NCBI GenBank assembly: GCA_028703305.1
Contig: JAQVNC010000001.1
Span: 56,791-120,790 of the forward strand
From: Patescibacteria group bacterium
GTDB lineage: Bacteria; Patescibacteriota; Patescibacteriia; Patescibacteriales; GWC2-42-12
Direction of reading: 5' to 3'
Length of the DNA stretch: 64,000 nucleotides
Shown here: positions 55,020-64,000 of the stretch, in pieces
How the letters are laid out: each line of letters starts with the position of its first letter
How positions within the stretch are numbered: position 1 is the first letter of the stretch
Made by a program: the position numbers and the translations under genes
The notes under the pieces: model-generated
What the model saw: the letters and a program-made list of their open reading frames with translations, nothing else
Database searches by the model: none
Told to the model about the DNA's origin: nothing

Positions 55020-56624
55020 ATGGCTATCAAGCAAAAGCAAAACAGAAAAAACGCTATCGGCGAATTATTAAACAGTAAGATTAAGTCGCGCGTTGAGTTA
55101 ATGGCGATTAAAAGAAAACTGGCTAAAAAATACGGCGAGAAAATTTTGTCGCACTCGGAAATTTTAAAAGAATATAGAAATAAGTTGAGTACAACAACGA
55201 TTAAGCGGCAAGCCGAGCTGGAAAAAGTTTTGCGCAAGCGTTCGGTCAGGACCATGTCCGGCATCGCGCCGGTAGCGGTTTTAACCAAGACCTACCCCTG
55301 CCCGGGTAAATGCGCTTATTGCCCGACTGAAAAAGATGTGCCGCAAAGTTATTTGTCCAATGAGCCGGCGGTCATGCGCGCTATCCGCTGTGGCTATGAT
55401 CCGTATAAGCAGGTTCAACTGCGCTTGCGCGCCCTAGAAGCTAATGGGCATGAACCGACCAAAATTGAATTGATTGTCATCGGCGGAACCTGGTCGGTTT
55501 TACCGGAGAATTATAAATATTGGTATATTATGGAGTGTTTTAGGGCGGCAAATGAACATGGCGTTAAAAGCCAAAAACACAGTTCAAAATTAAAAATTGC
55601 TAAATTAAAAAATAATTTAAATTTAGAGCAGAAAAAAAACGAAAGCGCTAAATATAAAATTATCGGCATAACTTTGGAAACCAGACCGGATTATATTAAT
55701 AAAAAAGAGCTGTTAGAGATGCGCGAGCTGGGCTGTACCAGGGTTGAATTAGGCGTGCAGGCGATTGACGATAAAATTTTAAAATTAAATAAGCGCGGCC
55801 ATGGCGTGGCAGAGGTGGCGCAGGCTACCAAGTTACTAAAAAATTATGGTTTTAAAGTAACTTATCATATCATGCCGGGGCTGCCCGGGGCGACGGCCAA
55901 AAAAGATTTGGCCATGTTTAAAAAATTATTTACAAACGAACGTTTTCAGCCGGATCAGCTTAAATTTTATCCGACCGTGGTAACGCGCGGCAGTTTATTA
56001 TATAAATGGTGGCGCGCCGGGAAATATAAGCCGTATTCGGATAAGGTTCTCAAAGACTTGATTATGAAATGCAAAAAAGTCGTGCCGCCATACGTGCGCA
56101 TTATCCGCCTTATCCGTGATATTCCCGGCGAATCAATTATGGCCGGAAATTTAATAACCAATCTAAGGCAGGTCATGAAAGATCAAGGCGTGGTTTGCAG
56201 GTGCATAAGATGCCGGGAAGCCAAAGAGCAAAAGTTTAAAGTTGAAAGTTTAAAGTTGAAAGTTATTAGATATAAAGCTTCCGGCGGGGTAGAATATTTT
56301 TTAAGTTATGAATCTAAAGATGGAAAAGTTTTATATGGGTTTTGCAGGTTAAGGCTTGTTAATGCAAAATCCCCCTTGCCCCCTTTGCTAAAGGGGGCTG
56401 GATTGATTCGTGAATTACATGTTTATGGCGAGTTGGTTTCGGTGGGTAAATTAAAAAAAGTCCAGCATGCGGGACTGGGAAAAATGTTAATGCAAGAAGC
56501 GGAAAAAATAACGCGCGAGCAAGGTTATAAAAAAATAGCCGTGATTGCCGGCGTGGGCGTGCGCGGCTATTATCGGAAGTTAGGATATCGCCTGGAAGAT
56601 AGTTATATGGTTAATAGCTGGTAA
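55020..56624 (+). CDS. Elp3-like radical-SAM plus GNAT acetyltransferase (tRNA wobble-uridine modification homologue)
   Basis: CPGKCAYCP radical-SAM cluster motif and a C-terminal GNAT region (GLGKMLMQEAE); start at the ATG at 55020. Confidence 0.75.
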   Translation: MAIKQKQNRKNAIGELLNSKIKSRVELMAIKRKLAKKYGEKILSHSEILKEYRNKLSTTTIKRQAELEKVLRKRSVRTMSGIAPVAVLTKTYPCPGKCAYCPTEKDVPQSYLSNEPAVMRAIRCGYDPYKQVQLRLRALEANGHEPTKIELIVIGGTWSVLPENYKYWYIMECFRAANEHGVKSQKHSSKLKIAKLKNNLNLEQKKNESAKYKIIGITLETRPDYINKKELLEMRELGCTRVELGVQAIDDKILKLNKRGHGVAEVAQATKLLKNYGFKVTYHIMPGLPGATAKKDLAMFKKLFTNERFQPDQLKFYPTVVTRGSLLYKWWRAGKYKPYSDKVLKDLIMKCKKVVPPYVRIIRLIRDIPGESIMAGNLITNLRQVMKDQGVVCRCIRCREAKEQKFKVESLKLKVIRYKASGGVEYFLSYESKDGKVLYGFCRLRLVNAKSPLPPLLKGAGLIRELHVYGELVSVGKLKKVQHAGLGKMLMQEAEKITREQGYKKIAVIAGVGVRGYYRKLGYRLEDSYMVNSW

Positions 56625-57480
56625 TTTCTTTTAGCAGTTGGTTAACATAATCCAGAGATGAATCATTTAAAATAGTAATATCAAATTTTTTCTTAAACTG
56701 TTTTAAGTTTTCTTTTTCGTCATGATTATAAAAGCCGATTTTAATTAAATGGTCGTAATTAAAGCCGGTTACCATATCAACATCGCCCAGCCGGTCGCCC
56801 AACAGGATAACATTTTTTCTTTTTTTCATTTTCCGCCAGATGACCGGAAAATTTTTTATTTTCGCTTCATCTTTATTGGCGCTATGGATAATAGGCTTTT
56901 TAAAGCCAATCATCCGCCCTTTTTTATCCCAGATTAAAGTATTGGAAATTATATAAATATTGTTTGATTGGATTTTGCTTTGGCGCAGGCTGGCCTTGAC
57001 CGACTCATCGCCCAGACCGCTGGCCGACATGATAACTAAAGGTATTTTATTAATTCTAAGAAGTTTAAAAAAATCAACGCCGCCGTCTCTTAAGCGGATA
57101 TTATCAGACTTAACTGCCCGGGCGATATCTTTTTTGGTCAGGTCGGATTCAATTAGGAGTTTGAAATGTTTAGACCACCATTCATTCATGGCGCGTTTTT
57201 TTTTGGTCGGGGAAACTTTATAGCTGTCTTCTATGGGGTGGTATTTGTAGTAAAGGGCGTAGGATTTTTCCGGGTAATCAGGGGTCAGATATTTTTCATC
57301 GCGCAATACTGAAATTAGGGAATTTACTTTTTTGCCATTAACATAGGCTTTAGTTAAAGTATTGTCAAAATCAGCCAGAACATGAATTTTGCGCGCGCCA
57401 GTGCGCGCTAAAGCGGCAATAGTTTTTTTCAGCTTTTTAGGGCTGGTAATTATTATATTTTTAGGCGTTATTTTAGACAT
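56611..57480 (-). CDS. HAD-superfamily hydrolase, pyrimidine-5'-nucleotidase (UMPH-1)-like
   Basis: HVLADFDNTLT motif I, and a downstream Lys and DD motif. Confidence 0.55.
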   Translation of the reverse strand: MSKITPKNIIITSPKKLKKTIAALARTGARKIHVLADFDNTLTKAYVNGKKVNSLISVLRDEKYLTPDYPEKSYALYYKYHPIEDSYKVSPTKKKRAMNEWWSKHFKLLIESDLTKKDIARAVKSDNIRLRDGGVDFFKLLRINKIPLVIMSASGLGDESVKASLRQSKIQSNNIYIISNTLIWDKKGRMIGFKKPIIHSANKDEAKIKNFPVIWRKMKKRKNVILLGDRLGDVDMVTGFNYDHLIKIGFYNHDEKENLKQFKKKFDITILNDSSLDYVNQLLKEITSY

Positions 57481-57620
57481 ATTTTTATGGTAGCAAGTTT
57501 ATTTATTTTTGTCATGCCAGCCGTAGCCTGCCCCCTTTCTTTTGACAAAAAGAGTGGAAAAAACTACTATTAAGATAAAGATTTTGTATTATCGTAGACA
57601 GTATTTATTAAATTATGAGT

Positions 57621-57662
57621 GTGTGAGATTGCTTCGTCGCTGGAGCTCCTCGCAATGACAAT
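57621..57662. repeat. Right half of nested palindromic repeat L5 (a possible degenerate left arm lies near 57513)
   Basis: gtgtgagattgcttcgtcgctggagctcctcgcaatgacaa. Confidence 0.6.
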
Positions 57663-57671
57663 TTTAAATAT

Positions 57672-58919
57672 ATGTTAAATTATAAAATTTTAAATGAGCA
57701 GGATGCTGAAGTTATGGCCGCGGTTAAACGGGAAATGGCCAGGCAGGCCGAGGAAATGGAATTAATCGCTTCGGAAAATTATACTTCTAAAGCCGTGCTG
57801 GAAGCCATGGCGACCGTCTTGACCAATAAATATTCCGAGGGCACGCCAGGCCACCGTTATTACGGCGGCAATAAATTCGTGGATGAAGTGGAAACTATCG
57901 CGGTAGAGCGGGCAAAAAAATTATTCTCGGCTGAGCATGTTAATGTCCAGCCTCTTTCCGGTTCGCCGGCTAACGCGGCCGTGTATATGGCATTTATTAA
58001 GCCGGGTGATAAAGTTTTAGGCTTGCGCTTAGACCATGGCGGGCATTTATCGCATGGTCATCCGGTTAATTTTTCCGGCATGCTGTATAATTTTACCCAA
58101 TATGAAGTTGACGCCGAAACCGGTAAAATTGATATGGAGAAAGTTAGGGAAGTCGCTTTGCGGGAAAAGCCGAAAATGATCGTGGCCGGCTATAGCGCTT
58201 ATTCACGGGAAATAGAATGGCAAAAATTTAAAGATATCGCGGACGAAGTAGGCGCGTTCACTTTCGCGGATATAGCTCATACGGCAGGACTGATCGCGGC
58301 CGGCGAGATGAATAATCCGGTGTTGATTTTTGACGTGGTTTCCACGACCACTCATAAAACTTTACGCGGCCCGCGCGGCGCCATGATAATGTGCAAAGAG
58401 CAGTTTGCCAAGCAGGTTGACCGGGCGGTTTTTCCCGGCATGCAGGGCGGGCCGCATGACCATATCACCGCGGCTAAAGCCGTGGCTTTCGGCGAAGCTT
58501 TGCGCCCGGAATTTAAAGAGTATGCCAAGCAAGTAACCTTGAACGCCAAACTTATGGCCGAGGAATTTATAAGGCTGGGCTATCGGGTAATTTCTAACGG
58601 CACGGACAACCATTTAATGGTGGTTGATATGACCTCTAAAGGTTTATCGGGCAAAGAAGCTGAAATTATTTTAGATAAATGCGGTATTTCGGTTTCCCGC
58701 TCCACAATTCCGAACGACCCTAATCCGCCCATGAACCCATCGGGCGTGCGCTTTGGCACTCCGGCTATTACCACCCGCGGCATGAAAGAGGAAGAAATTA
58801 AAAAAATCGTCGGCTGGATTAATGCCGCGATTGAACAAAAAGACGAGGCGGAAATGCTTGATAATATTAAGAAGCAAGTTAAAGAAATGTGCTTGGAATT
58901 TCCGATACCTTCAATATGA
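57672..58919 (+). CDS. glyA: Serine hydroxymethyltransferase
   Basis: PLP site …STTTHKTLRGPRGAMI… and overall SHMT conservation. Confidence 0.95.
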   Translation: MLNYKILNEQDAEVMAAVKREMARQAEEMELIASENYTSKAVLEAMATVLTNKYSEGTPGHRYYGGNKFVDEVETIAVERAKKLFSAEHVNVQPLSGSPANAAVYMAFIKPGDKVLGLRLDHGGHLSHGHPVNFSGMLYNFTQYEVDAETGKIDMEKVREVALREKPKMIVAGYSAYSREIEWQKFKDIADEVGAFTFADIAHTAGLIAAGEMNNPVLIFDVVSTTTHKTLRGPRGAMIMCKEQFAKQVDRAVFPGMQGGPHDHITAAKAVAFGEALRPEFKEYAKQVTLNAKLMAEEFIRLGYRVISNGTDNHLMVVDMTSKGLSGKEAEIILDKCGISVSRSTIPNDPNPPMNPSGVRFGTPAITTRGMKEEEIKKIVGWINAAIEQKDEAEMLDNIKKQVKEMCLEFPIPSI

Positions 58920-58920
58920 T

Positions 58921-59013
58921 GTCATTGCGAGGAGCGCTAGCGACGAAGCAATCTCTGGTTAATATCCGAGTACGTGAGATTGCTTCGCTCCTTTCAGTCG
59001 CTCGCAATGACAC
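58921..59013. repeat. Nested palindromic repeat L6, abutting the glyA stop
   Basis: gtcattgcgaggagcgctagcgacgaagcaatctctg…gtgagattgcttcgctcctttcagtcgctcgcaatgaca. Confidence 0.75.
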
Positions 59014-59021
59014 TATTTTTT

Positions 59022-59870
59022 ATGTCTAAAATTATTGACGGCAAAATTTTGGCGGAAAAAATCAAAGATAAAATCGCCAAAGAAATATATGATTTAAAAG
59101 GGCCAAGGCCGAATTTGGCCATTATTTTAATCGGCCAGCGTCCGGATTCGCAGTTGTATGTAAATTTAAAAGAAAGAGAGGCTAAAAAAGTCGGCATTGA
59201 TACCCATCTCTATAAATGCCCGGAGAATATCAGCGAGCTGGAAATTTTAGAAATGATAAAATGCTTAAATGAAGATAAAACCATTGACGCGATTTTAGTG
59301 CAGCTGCCCATGCCGGTAGAAATTGATACGGACACGATTATTATGGCGCTTGATCCGGTAAAAGACGTTGACGGTTTTCATCCGGATAATTTGGAAAAAA
59401 TTTTAAAAGACTGCGGTTCATCTTATTTAATGCCGCCGGTTTATGCCACGGTTTTAGAGATGCTAAACAGCATAAATTATGAAATAAAAGATAAACAAGT
59501 TTGTGTAATTTCCAATGCTGATATTTTCGGTCAGACTTTAGCCCATGTTTTAAAATGCCAAGGCGCCAAAGCGGAGATGGCTAAAGCGGATGATAAAAAT
59601 TTAGCCGAAAAAACCGGCCAAGCCGACGTTTTAATCACGGCCGCTGGCAGACCGGAATTTATCAAGAAGCGGATGATAAAACAAGGTGCCGTCATTATAG
59701 ATATTGGCATTAATCAGAAAGGCGATAAAGTCGTGGGTGATGTTGATTTTAATAATGTAAAAGACAAAGCCGGCTATATTACTCCGGTACCCGGCGGGGT
59801 CGGCCCCATGACTATCGCCATGGCGTTTAAAAATACACTGGAGATTTTTAAGAAAAGGCATAAAAAATAA
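59022..59870 (+). CDS. folD: Bifunctional methylenetetrahydrofolate dehydrogenase/cyclohydrolase
   Basis: KIIDGKILAEKIK…, YxxxK active site and a PGGVGPMT C-terminal motif; start at the ATG at 59022. Confidence 0.9.
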   Translation: MSKIIDGKILAEKIKDKIAKEIYDLKGPRPNLAIILIGQRPDSQLYVNLKEREAKKVGIDTHLYKCPENISELEILEMIKCLNEDKTIDAILVQLPMPVEIDTDTIIMALDPVKDVDGFHPDNLEKILKDCGSSYLMPPVYATVLEMLNSINYEIKDKQVCVISNADIFGQTLAHVLKCQGAKAEMAKADDKNLAEKTGQADVLITAAGRPEFIKKRMIKQGAVIIDIGINQKGDKVVGDVDFNNVKDKAGYITPVPGGVGPMTIAMAFKNTLEIFKKRHKK

Positions 59871-59970
59871 AGTGAATGATTGAATAAAAAATACCGGAGT
59901 CATTTCTGGCTCCGGTTTTTGCTTGAATTTTTCCGTTATGTTAATCTTAAGTTAGTTTATTTATTACGTC

Positions 59971-60008
59971 AAGGAAATGGATCCCGGGTCAAGTCCGCAA
60001 TGACAATA
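59971..60008 (+). repeat. Degenerate short hairpin repeat S6 (aaggaaatggatcccgggtcaagtccgcaatgacaa) overlapping the recQ start
   Basis: Matches the aaggtaatggattcccgc…gcaatgacaa family; its aATGacaa provides the recQ ATG. Confidence 0.5.
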
Positions 60009-62072
60009 CAAAATATGGAAAATAAAAAACAAGAGCTCTTAGAGCTTTTAAAAATACACTATGGTTTTAATTCGTTTCGGCCGGGCCAAGAAAAAGTTAT
60101 AGATAATATCCTGGCCGGCCGTTCTACCGTAGTTATTATGCCGACCGGCGGCGGCAAGTCTTTATGCTACCAGCTGCCGGCTTTGGTTTTGGACGGCGTT
60201 ACTTTAGTAATTTCGCCTTTAATCGCTTTAATGAAAGATCAGGTTGACGGCCTTTTAAAAATCGGTCTGCCGGCTACTTTTATTAACTCTTCTATTAGCC
60301 AGGCTGAAACTTTAAACAGAATAGAAGCGGTTAAAGCCGGCCAATATAAATTACTCTATATCGCGCCGGAAAGATTTTATAGCGCCGATTTTATGGCTGC
60401 TTTAAGCCAGATTAAAGTTAGTTTGTTCGCGGTTGACGAAGCGCATTGCATTAGCCAATGGGGGCATGATTTTCGCCCCAGCTACATAAAATTAAGAAGC
60501 GCCATTGAAGTATTGGGCAAGCCTACGGTGGTGGCCTTAACCGCTACGGCCACGTTGGAAGTCAGGGACGATATCATTAAGCAATTAGGCTTAATTGATC
60601 CAGCCTTAGTTATTACCGGTTTTGCCAGGCCTAATTTGCAGTTTGGCGTAATTAACACCCAAGATTCGCGCAAGCCGCAATTTGTTTTAGACGCGATTTC
60701 TAGCGCGCCGGACGGCACCGGCATAATTTACGTTGGCACGCGATCGCGCGCCGACGAACTCTTGCAGGTATTACTCGGCAATAATATTGAAGCGGTGAGT
60801 TATCATGCCGGCATGGATATAGAAGACCGGAAATGGGTGCAGGAAAATTTTATGAAAGGCAAAGCTAAAGTTATTGTGGCCACTAACGCCTTTGGGCTGG
60901 GCATTGATAAGCGAGACATCAGGTTTGTTATTCATTATGACATGCCGGGCACGATTGAAGCCTATTATCAGGAAGCCGGCCGAGCCGGCCGCGACGGCAA
61001 ACAAAGTTTTTGCCTGCTTTTATATAGTCCGCGCGACCGCTATCTTCAGGAATTTTTTATCAAAGGCGATAATCCGCCGCCGGAAATGATTTTGGAAATT
61101 TATGAAATTTTAAAAAATTACGAAACCGACACGATTTTAATCACTTACGCGGAAATTGCCGAAATGCTGTCCGATAAAGTTCCGGAAATGGCTATTGGTA
61201 CGGCCATAAAAGTTTTGGAACGCGAAGGCTATATCACGCGTTCGCATGACCGGGTGGGGCAGGCGTATCTCAAAGCTCATAACTCAAAACTCGCAACTCA
61301 AAACTTAAAGAGTAAAAGCCAGCGTGAAAATTTGGAGCGCCTGCTTAATAAATACGGCAGCGAGCTGGAAGCCGGCATGTACGCCGACTTAGAAGAAGTG
61401 GCGGATGTTTTAGGCATAAAAAAAGATACTTTAGCGCGCCTAATTAAAAAATTAAAAGATCTGGATTTAGTTGATTATGTGCCGCCGTTTCGGGGCACGG
61501 AATTAAAAATATTAAAACGAGTTGATGGCAATGATGTTAAGCTTGACTTCGCGGCTTTAAAATATAAATTAAAGCATGCTTACAATAAATTGGATCTAAT
61601 GGAAAATTATATTTATCATAATACTTGCAGACAAAAATATATTCTTGATTATTTTGGCGACTTGGAGTCGCAAAAATGCGCCAAGTGCGATAATTGCCTG
61701 GTCGGCAATATGGATGAGGTGGAAAAAGTTCAAGTTGAAGCCAAACATAAAAAGAAAACTTCAAGCCTGTCAACCAAGCTAACGCAGCTGGAAACTTTGG
61801 AATTATGGAATAAGGGATTTAGTTTGGAAAAAATCGCCCAGGCGCGAGAGTTGGCCGTCGGCACGATTATCGGCCATTTGTGTTTTTTAGCCGAAAAAGG
61901 CTTAGGCGTTAATATTGATAAGCTGGTTAAGCCGGAACGGCAGAAAAGAATAATGGAAGTTGTAAAGAAAATTGGCGCGGATAAGCTAACGCCGATTCGC
62001 GAGGCGCTAGGCGAGGAATTTAGCTGGGACGAGATAAAATTGGTATTGGCGAAGATGAAAAGTAAAAAATAA
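60000..62072 (+). CDS. recQ: ATP-dependent DNA helicase RecQ
   Basis: [15 protein letters not shown] (motif I), [14 protein letters not shown] (DEAH), Zn-binding and HRDC-like C-terminus. Confidence 0.85.
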   Translation: MTIQNMENKKQELLELLKIHYGFNSFRPGQEKVIDNILAGRSTVVIMPTGGGKSLCYQLPALVLDGVTLVISPLIALMKDQVDGLLKIGLPATFINSSISQAETLNRIEAVKAGQYKLLYIAPERFYSADFMAALSQIKVSLFAVDEAHCISQWGHDFRPSYIKLRSAIEVLGKPTVVALTATATLEVRDDIIKQLGLIDPALVITGFARPNLQFGVINTQDSRKPQFVLDAISSAPDGTGIIYVGTRSRADELLQVLLGNNIEAVSYHAGMDIEDRKWVQENFMKGKAKVIVATNAFGLGIDKRDIRFVIHYDMPGTIEAYYQEAGRAGRDGKQSFCLLLYSPRDRYLQEFFIKGDNPPPEMILEIYEILKNYETDTILITYAEIAEMLSDKVPEMAIGTAIKVLEREGYITRSHDRVGQAYLKAHNSKLATQNLKSKSQRENLERLLNKYGSELEAGMYADLEEVADVLGIKKDTLARLIKKLKDLDLVDYVPPFRGTELKILKRVDGNDVKLDFAALKYKLKHAYNKLDLMENYIYHNTCRQKYILDYFGDLESQKCAKCDNCLVGNMDEVEKVQVEAKHKKKTSSLSTKLTQLETLELWNKGFSLEKIAQARELAVGTIIGHLCFLAEKGLGVNIDKLVKPERQKRIMEVVKKIGADKLTPIREALGEEFSWDEIKLVLAKMKSKK

Positions 62073-62074
62073 AC

Positions 62075-62785
62075 ATGGATAAACAAACGCAGAAAAATTT
62101 ATTAGAGCTGGTAAAAAAAAATTACGAGGAAATCGCGGAGAATTTTGATATAACCAGAAAAAAACAGTTATGGCCGGAGCTTTTGAAATTGGCCGAAATG
62201 GTGAAAGATGGAGATAGAATTTTAGATGTTGGCTGTGGCAACGGTAGATTGATAGAAGCGTTTGGCGAAAAGAAAATAGAATATCTGGGAGTGGATAGTA
62301 GTGAGAAACTGGTTGAAACGGCGAAGAAGAATCTGGGCTCCCGCCTGCGCGGGCATGACAAATTGGCGGTCGGTGATATTTTAAAATTGGATAAATTGCC
62401 GGAGAAAGATTTTAATTATGTTTTTTGCATTGCCGTCTTGCACCATCTGCCGGGCGAAGATTTAAGGCTGGAAGCTTTAAAGCAGATGAAAAATAAAATA
62501 AATAGTAACGGCAAAATTATAATCACGGTTTGGAATTTATGGAGCCGGTGGAAATTTATAAAATTGATTTTTAAGTACGGTTGGTTTAAGTCAGCCGGCA
62601 AAAACCAGATGGACTTCGGCGATATTTTGTTTGATTGGAAAAATAATAAGGGCGAGCGGATTAGCCGGCGGTATTACCATGCCTTTACCAAAAATGAATT
62701 AAAAAAACTGTCTGTCCGCGCGGGGTTTAAAGCGGAGAAAATATATAAAGATAAATATAATTATTACGCGATTTTAACCAAATAG
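62075..62785 (+). CDS. Class I SAM-dependent methyltransferase carrying an in-frame repeat-derived insertion
   Basis: LDVGCGNGRL motif I; residues …LGSRLRGHDKLAVGD… are encoded by an S-type repeat. Confidence 0.65.
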   Translation: MDKQTQKNLLELVKKNYEEIAENFDITRKKQLWPELLKLAEMVKDGDRILDVGCGNGRLIEAFGEKKIEYLGVDSSEKLVETAKKNLGSRLRGHDKLAVGDILKLDKLPEKDFNYVFCIAVLHHLPGEDLRLEALKQMKNKINSNGKIIITVWNLWSRWKFIKLIFKYGWFKSAGKNQMDFGDILFDWKNNKGERISRRYYHAFTKNELKKLSVRAGFKAEKIYKDKYNYYAILTK

Positions 62786-62867
62786 CCTTGATTTATTAAA
62801 GGTGTTATGTTATTTTAAAATAGACTCCGAGCTAAGGAGTTTTTTGCTATAATATAATTAAGCATTA

Positions 62868-62941
62868 GCACCCGTAGCTCAATTGGATAGAGTACTTGGC
62901 TTCGGACCAAGGGGTTGTAGGTTCAAATCCTGCCGGGTGCA
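62868..62941 (+). tRNA. tRNA-Arg (anticodon TCG)
   Basis: Cloverleaf gcacccg…cgggtgc; anticodon stem-loop cttgg-ctTCGga-ccaag; T arm gtagg-ttcaaat-cctgc. Confidence 0.75.
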
Positions 62942-63061
62942 CAAAGTAAATTTGAAAATTTGGCTGGGTAGCTTCCGCCTACGCCAAGGCTTCGACGGAC
63001 AAGCGCATTAGAGATATGTTTATGTCTTTATGGCTTGCCCTACGAAGCTTTAGCGAAGTAG

Positions 63062-63138
63062 GGCTGGGTAGCTCAGTTGGTTAGAGCGTGGCACTCATAA
63101 CGCCAAGGTCGAGAGTTCAAGCCTCTCCCCAGCCACCA
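63062..63138 (+). tRNA. tRNA-Met/Ile2 (anticodon CAT); CCA is encoded
   Basis: Acceptor ggctggg/cccagcc, D arm gctc/gagc, anticodon loop ctCATaa, T arm gagag-ttcaagc-ctctc. Confidence 0.8.
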
Positions 63139-63146
63139 AAATTCAA

Positions 63147-63222
63147 GCGCTGTTAGCTCAGCTGGTAGAGCAGATCCCTCTTAAGGATAAGGTCACAGGT
63201 TCGAATCCTGTACAGCGCACCA
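63147..63222 (+). tRNA. tRNA-Lys (anticodon CTT); CCA is encoded
   Basis: Acceptor gcgctgt/acagcgc, anticodon loop ctCTTaa, T arm acagg-ttcgaat-cctgt. Confidence 0.8.
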
Positions 63223-63225
63223 AAT

Positions 63226-63256
63226 AAAAAAGAAGGCTTTTAGAGCCTTCTTTTGT
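63226..63256 (+). terminator. Terminator after the tRNA cluster
   Basis: agaaggct-tttag-agccttct followed by ttttg. Confidence 0.6.
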
Positions 63257-63269
63257 TGTCGGTAATTTT

Positions 63270-63551
63270 TTATTTTCCCTTTAGCGCGTCTTTCAAAGTT
63301 TTTCCGGTTTTAAATTTAGCTACCGTGACCTGCGGGATCTGGATTCTTTCTGATGGCCTTTGTGGATTAACGCCGCCTCGGGCATGGCGCGACTTTGCCA
63401 TAAATGTGCCGAAGCCGGTTATAGTAACTTCGTTGCCGGCTTTAAGCTCGGAGATAATGGTCGAGACCAAAGCTTCAACCATGTCTTCGGCCTGTTTTTT
63501 TGTTACCGCCACTTCAGCGGCGATTTTTTCTATTAAGCCTGCTTTGTTCAT
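63270..63551 (-). CDS. HU-family nucleoid-associated DNA-binding protein
   Basis: MNKAGLIEKIA…GFGTF…R..R.GRNP arm. Confidence 0.9.
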   Translation of the reverse strand: MNKAGLIEKIAAEVAVTKKQAEDMVEALVSTIISELKAGNEVTITGFGTFMAKSRHARGGVNPQRPSERIQIPQVTVAKFKTGKTLKDALKGK

Positions 63552-63561
63552 AGATTTAAAG

Positions 63562-64000
63562 TTATTTTATATTAATATATTTTATGATTGGTTTTATACT
63601 TTTGGCTTTTTTGGTTTTCGGATCAATCGTTAATAAGACGGCGCTGAAAATGGCGCGCCCGGTTTCCGGTATAATATGGGTGGTTTTAATTTGCGTTAGA
63701 AAAGTTTTAATAATGCCTGCTTTATCTACACCGATAACTCCGTCAGCCAAGCCGGTCATGCCCACGTCAGAAATCGCGGCCGTGCCTGATTCTGAAATTC
63801 GCGCGTCAGCCGTCATAATATGAGTATGCGTTCCTAAAATCGCGCTTACTCTACCGTCCAGGTAATGGGCCAAAGCGATTTTTTCCGAAGTGGCTTCAGC
63901 ATGCATATCAATTATTATAGCAGATAGGTTATTATTGGCAAGATTAGATAAAATTTCGTCGGCTTTATGGAAAGGATTATTATGATCCATGGACATAAAA
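63562..64000 (-). CDS. YmdB-like metallophosphoesterase (TIGR00282), truncated by the window edge
   Basis: DMHAEATSEKIALAHYLDGRVSAILGTHTHIMTADARI matches the C-terminal half of YmdB; the N-terminus lies beyond the window. Confidence 0.75.
   Translation of the reverse strand, partial: FMSMDHNNPFHKADEILSNLANNNLSAIIIDMHAEATSEKIALAHYLDGRVSAILGTHTHIMTADARISESGTAAISDVGMTGLADGVIGVDKAGIIKTFLTQIKTTHIIPETGRAIFSAVLLTIDPKTKKAKSIKPIIKYINIK

Noticed and set aside
1-64000. CRISPR arrays, reverse transcriptases (retron/DGR/group II), transposases and phage integrases.
   Set aside because: I found no regularly spaced direct repeats. None of the 60+ aa ORFs shows RT, Cas, transposase or integrase motifs. The repeat families present are palindromic, with irregular spacing.

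Overview
This 64-kb window comes from a compact, AT-rich bacterial chromosome. Genes are short and tightly packed, and the gene set (TrbC/VirB2-like pilin, GH57, cupin-type PGI, Elp3-like enzyme, several bactofilins) suggests a CPR/Patescibacteria-like lineage, by inference only. The housekeeping backbone includes a yidC 3' end, trxA-trxB, rnhB, yraN, ychF, rpsF-ssb-rpsR, efp, recA, comM, smc, ruvC, yebC, sufS-like, tsaD, trpS, gdh, glyA, folD, recQ and HU. I called eight tRNAs: Arg-CCT, Ala-GGC, Asp-GTC, Glu-TTC, Arg-TCG, Met-CAT, Lys-CTT. A minus-strand alpha-glucan/glycogen cluster (two glgA, GH57, two kinases, PHP) lies at 32.7-39.3 kb.

The standout region is 12.4-19.15 kb: a same-strand, cassette-like accessory island. 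It carries two type II restriction-modification modules, each with an N-terminal HTH fused to its methyltransferase, plus a GNAT acetyltransferase. The cassettes are separated by GC-rich palindromic repeats with a 66-bp core that is identical in two copies. A promoter/terminator-bounded GC-rich ~250-nt candidate ncRNA of unknown class flanks the island.

The window is also seeded with three families of small structured repeats:
- A nested GTCATTGCGAG...CTCGCAATGACAA palindromic family of about 100-140 bp, with 6 copies.
- A short TTTCTGGATTCCCGC...GCGGGAATGACAA hairpin family that overlaps start codons and is once inserted in-frame in a CDS.
- A 105-bp long-hairpin element present twice with compensatory stem changes.

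Other items are a T-box-like leader in front of a small zinc-ribbon ORF plus trpS, an sdpR/sdpI-like pair, and several perfect palindromic operators. I found no CRISPR array, reverse transcriptase, integrase or transposase.
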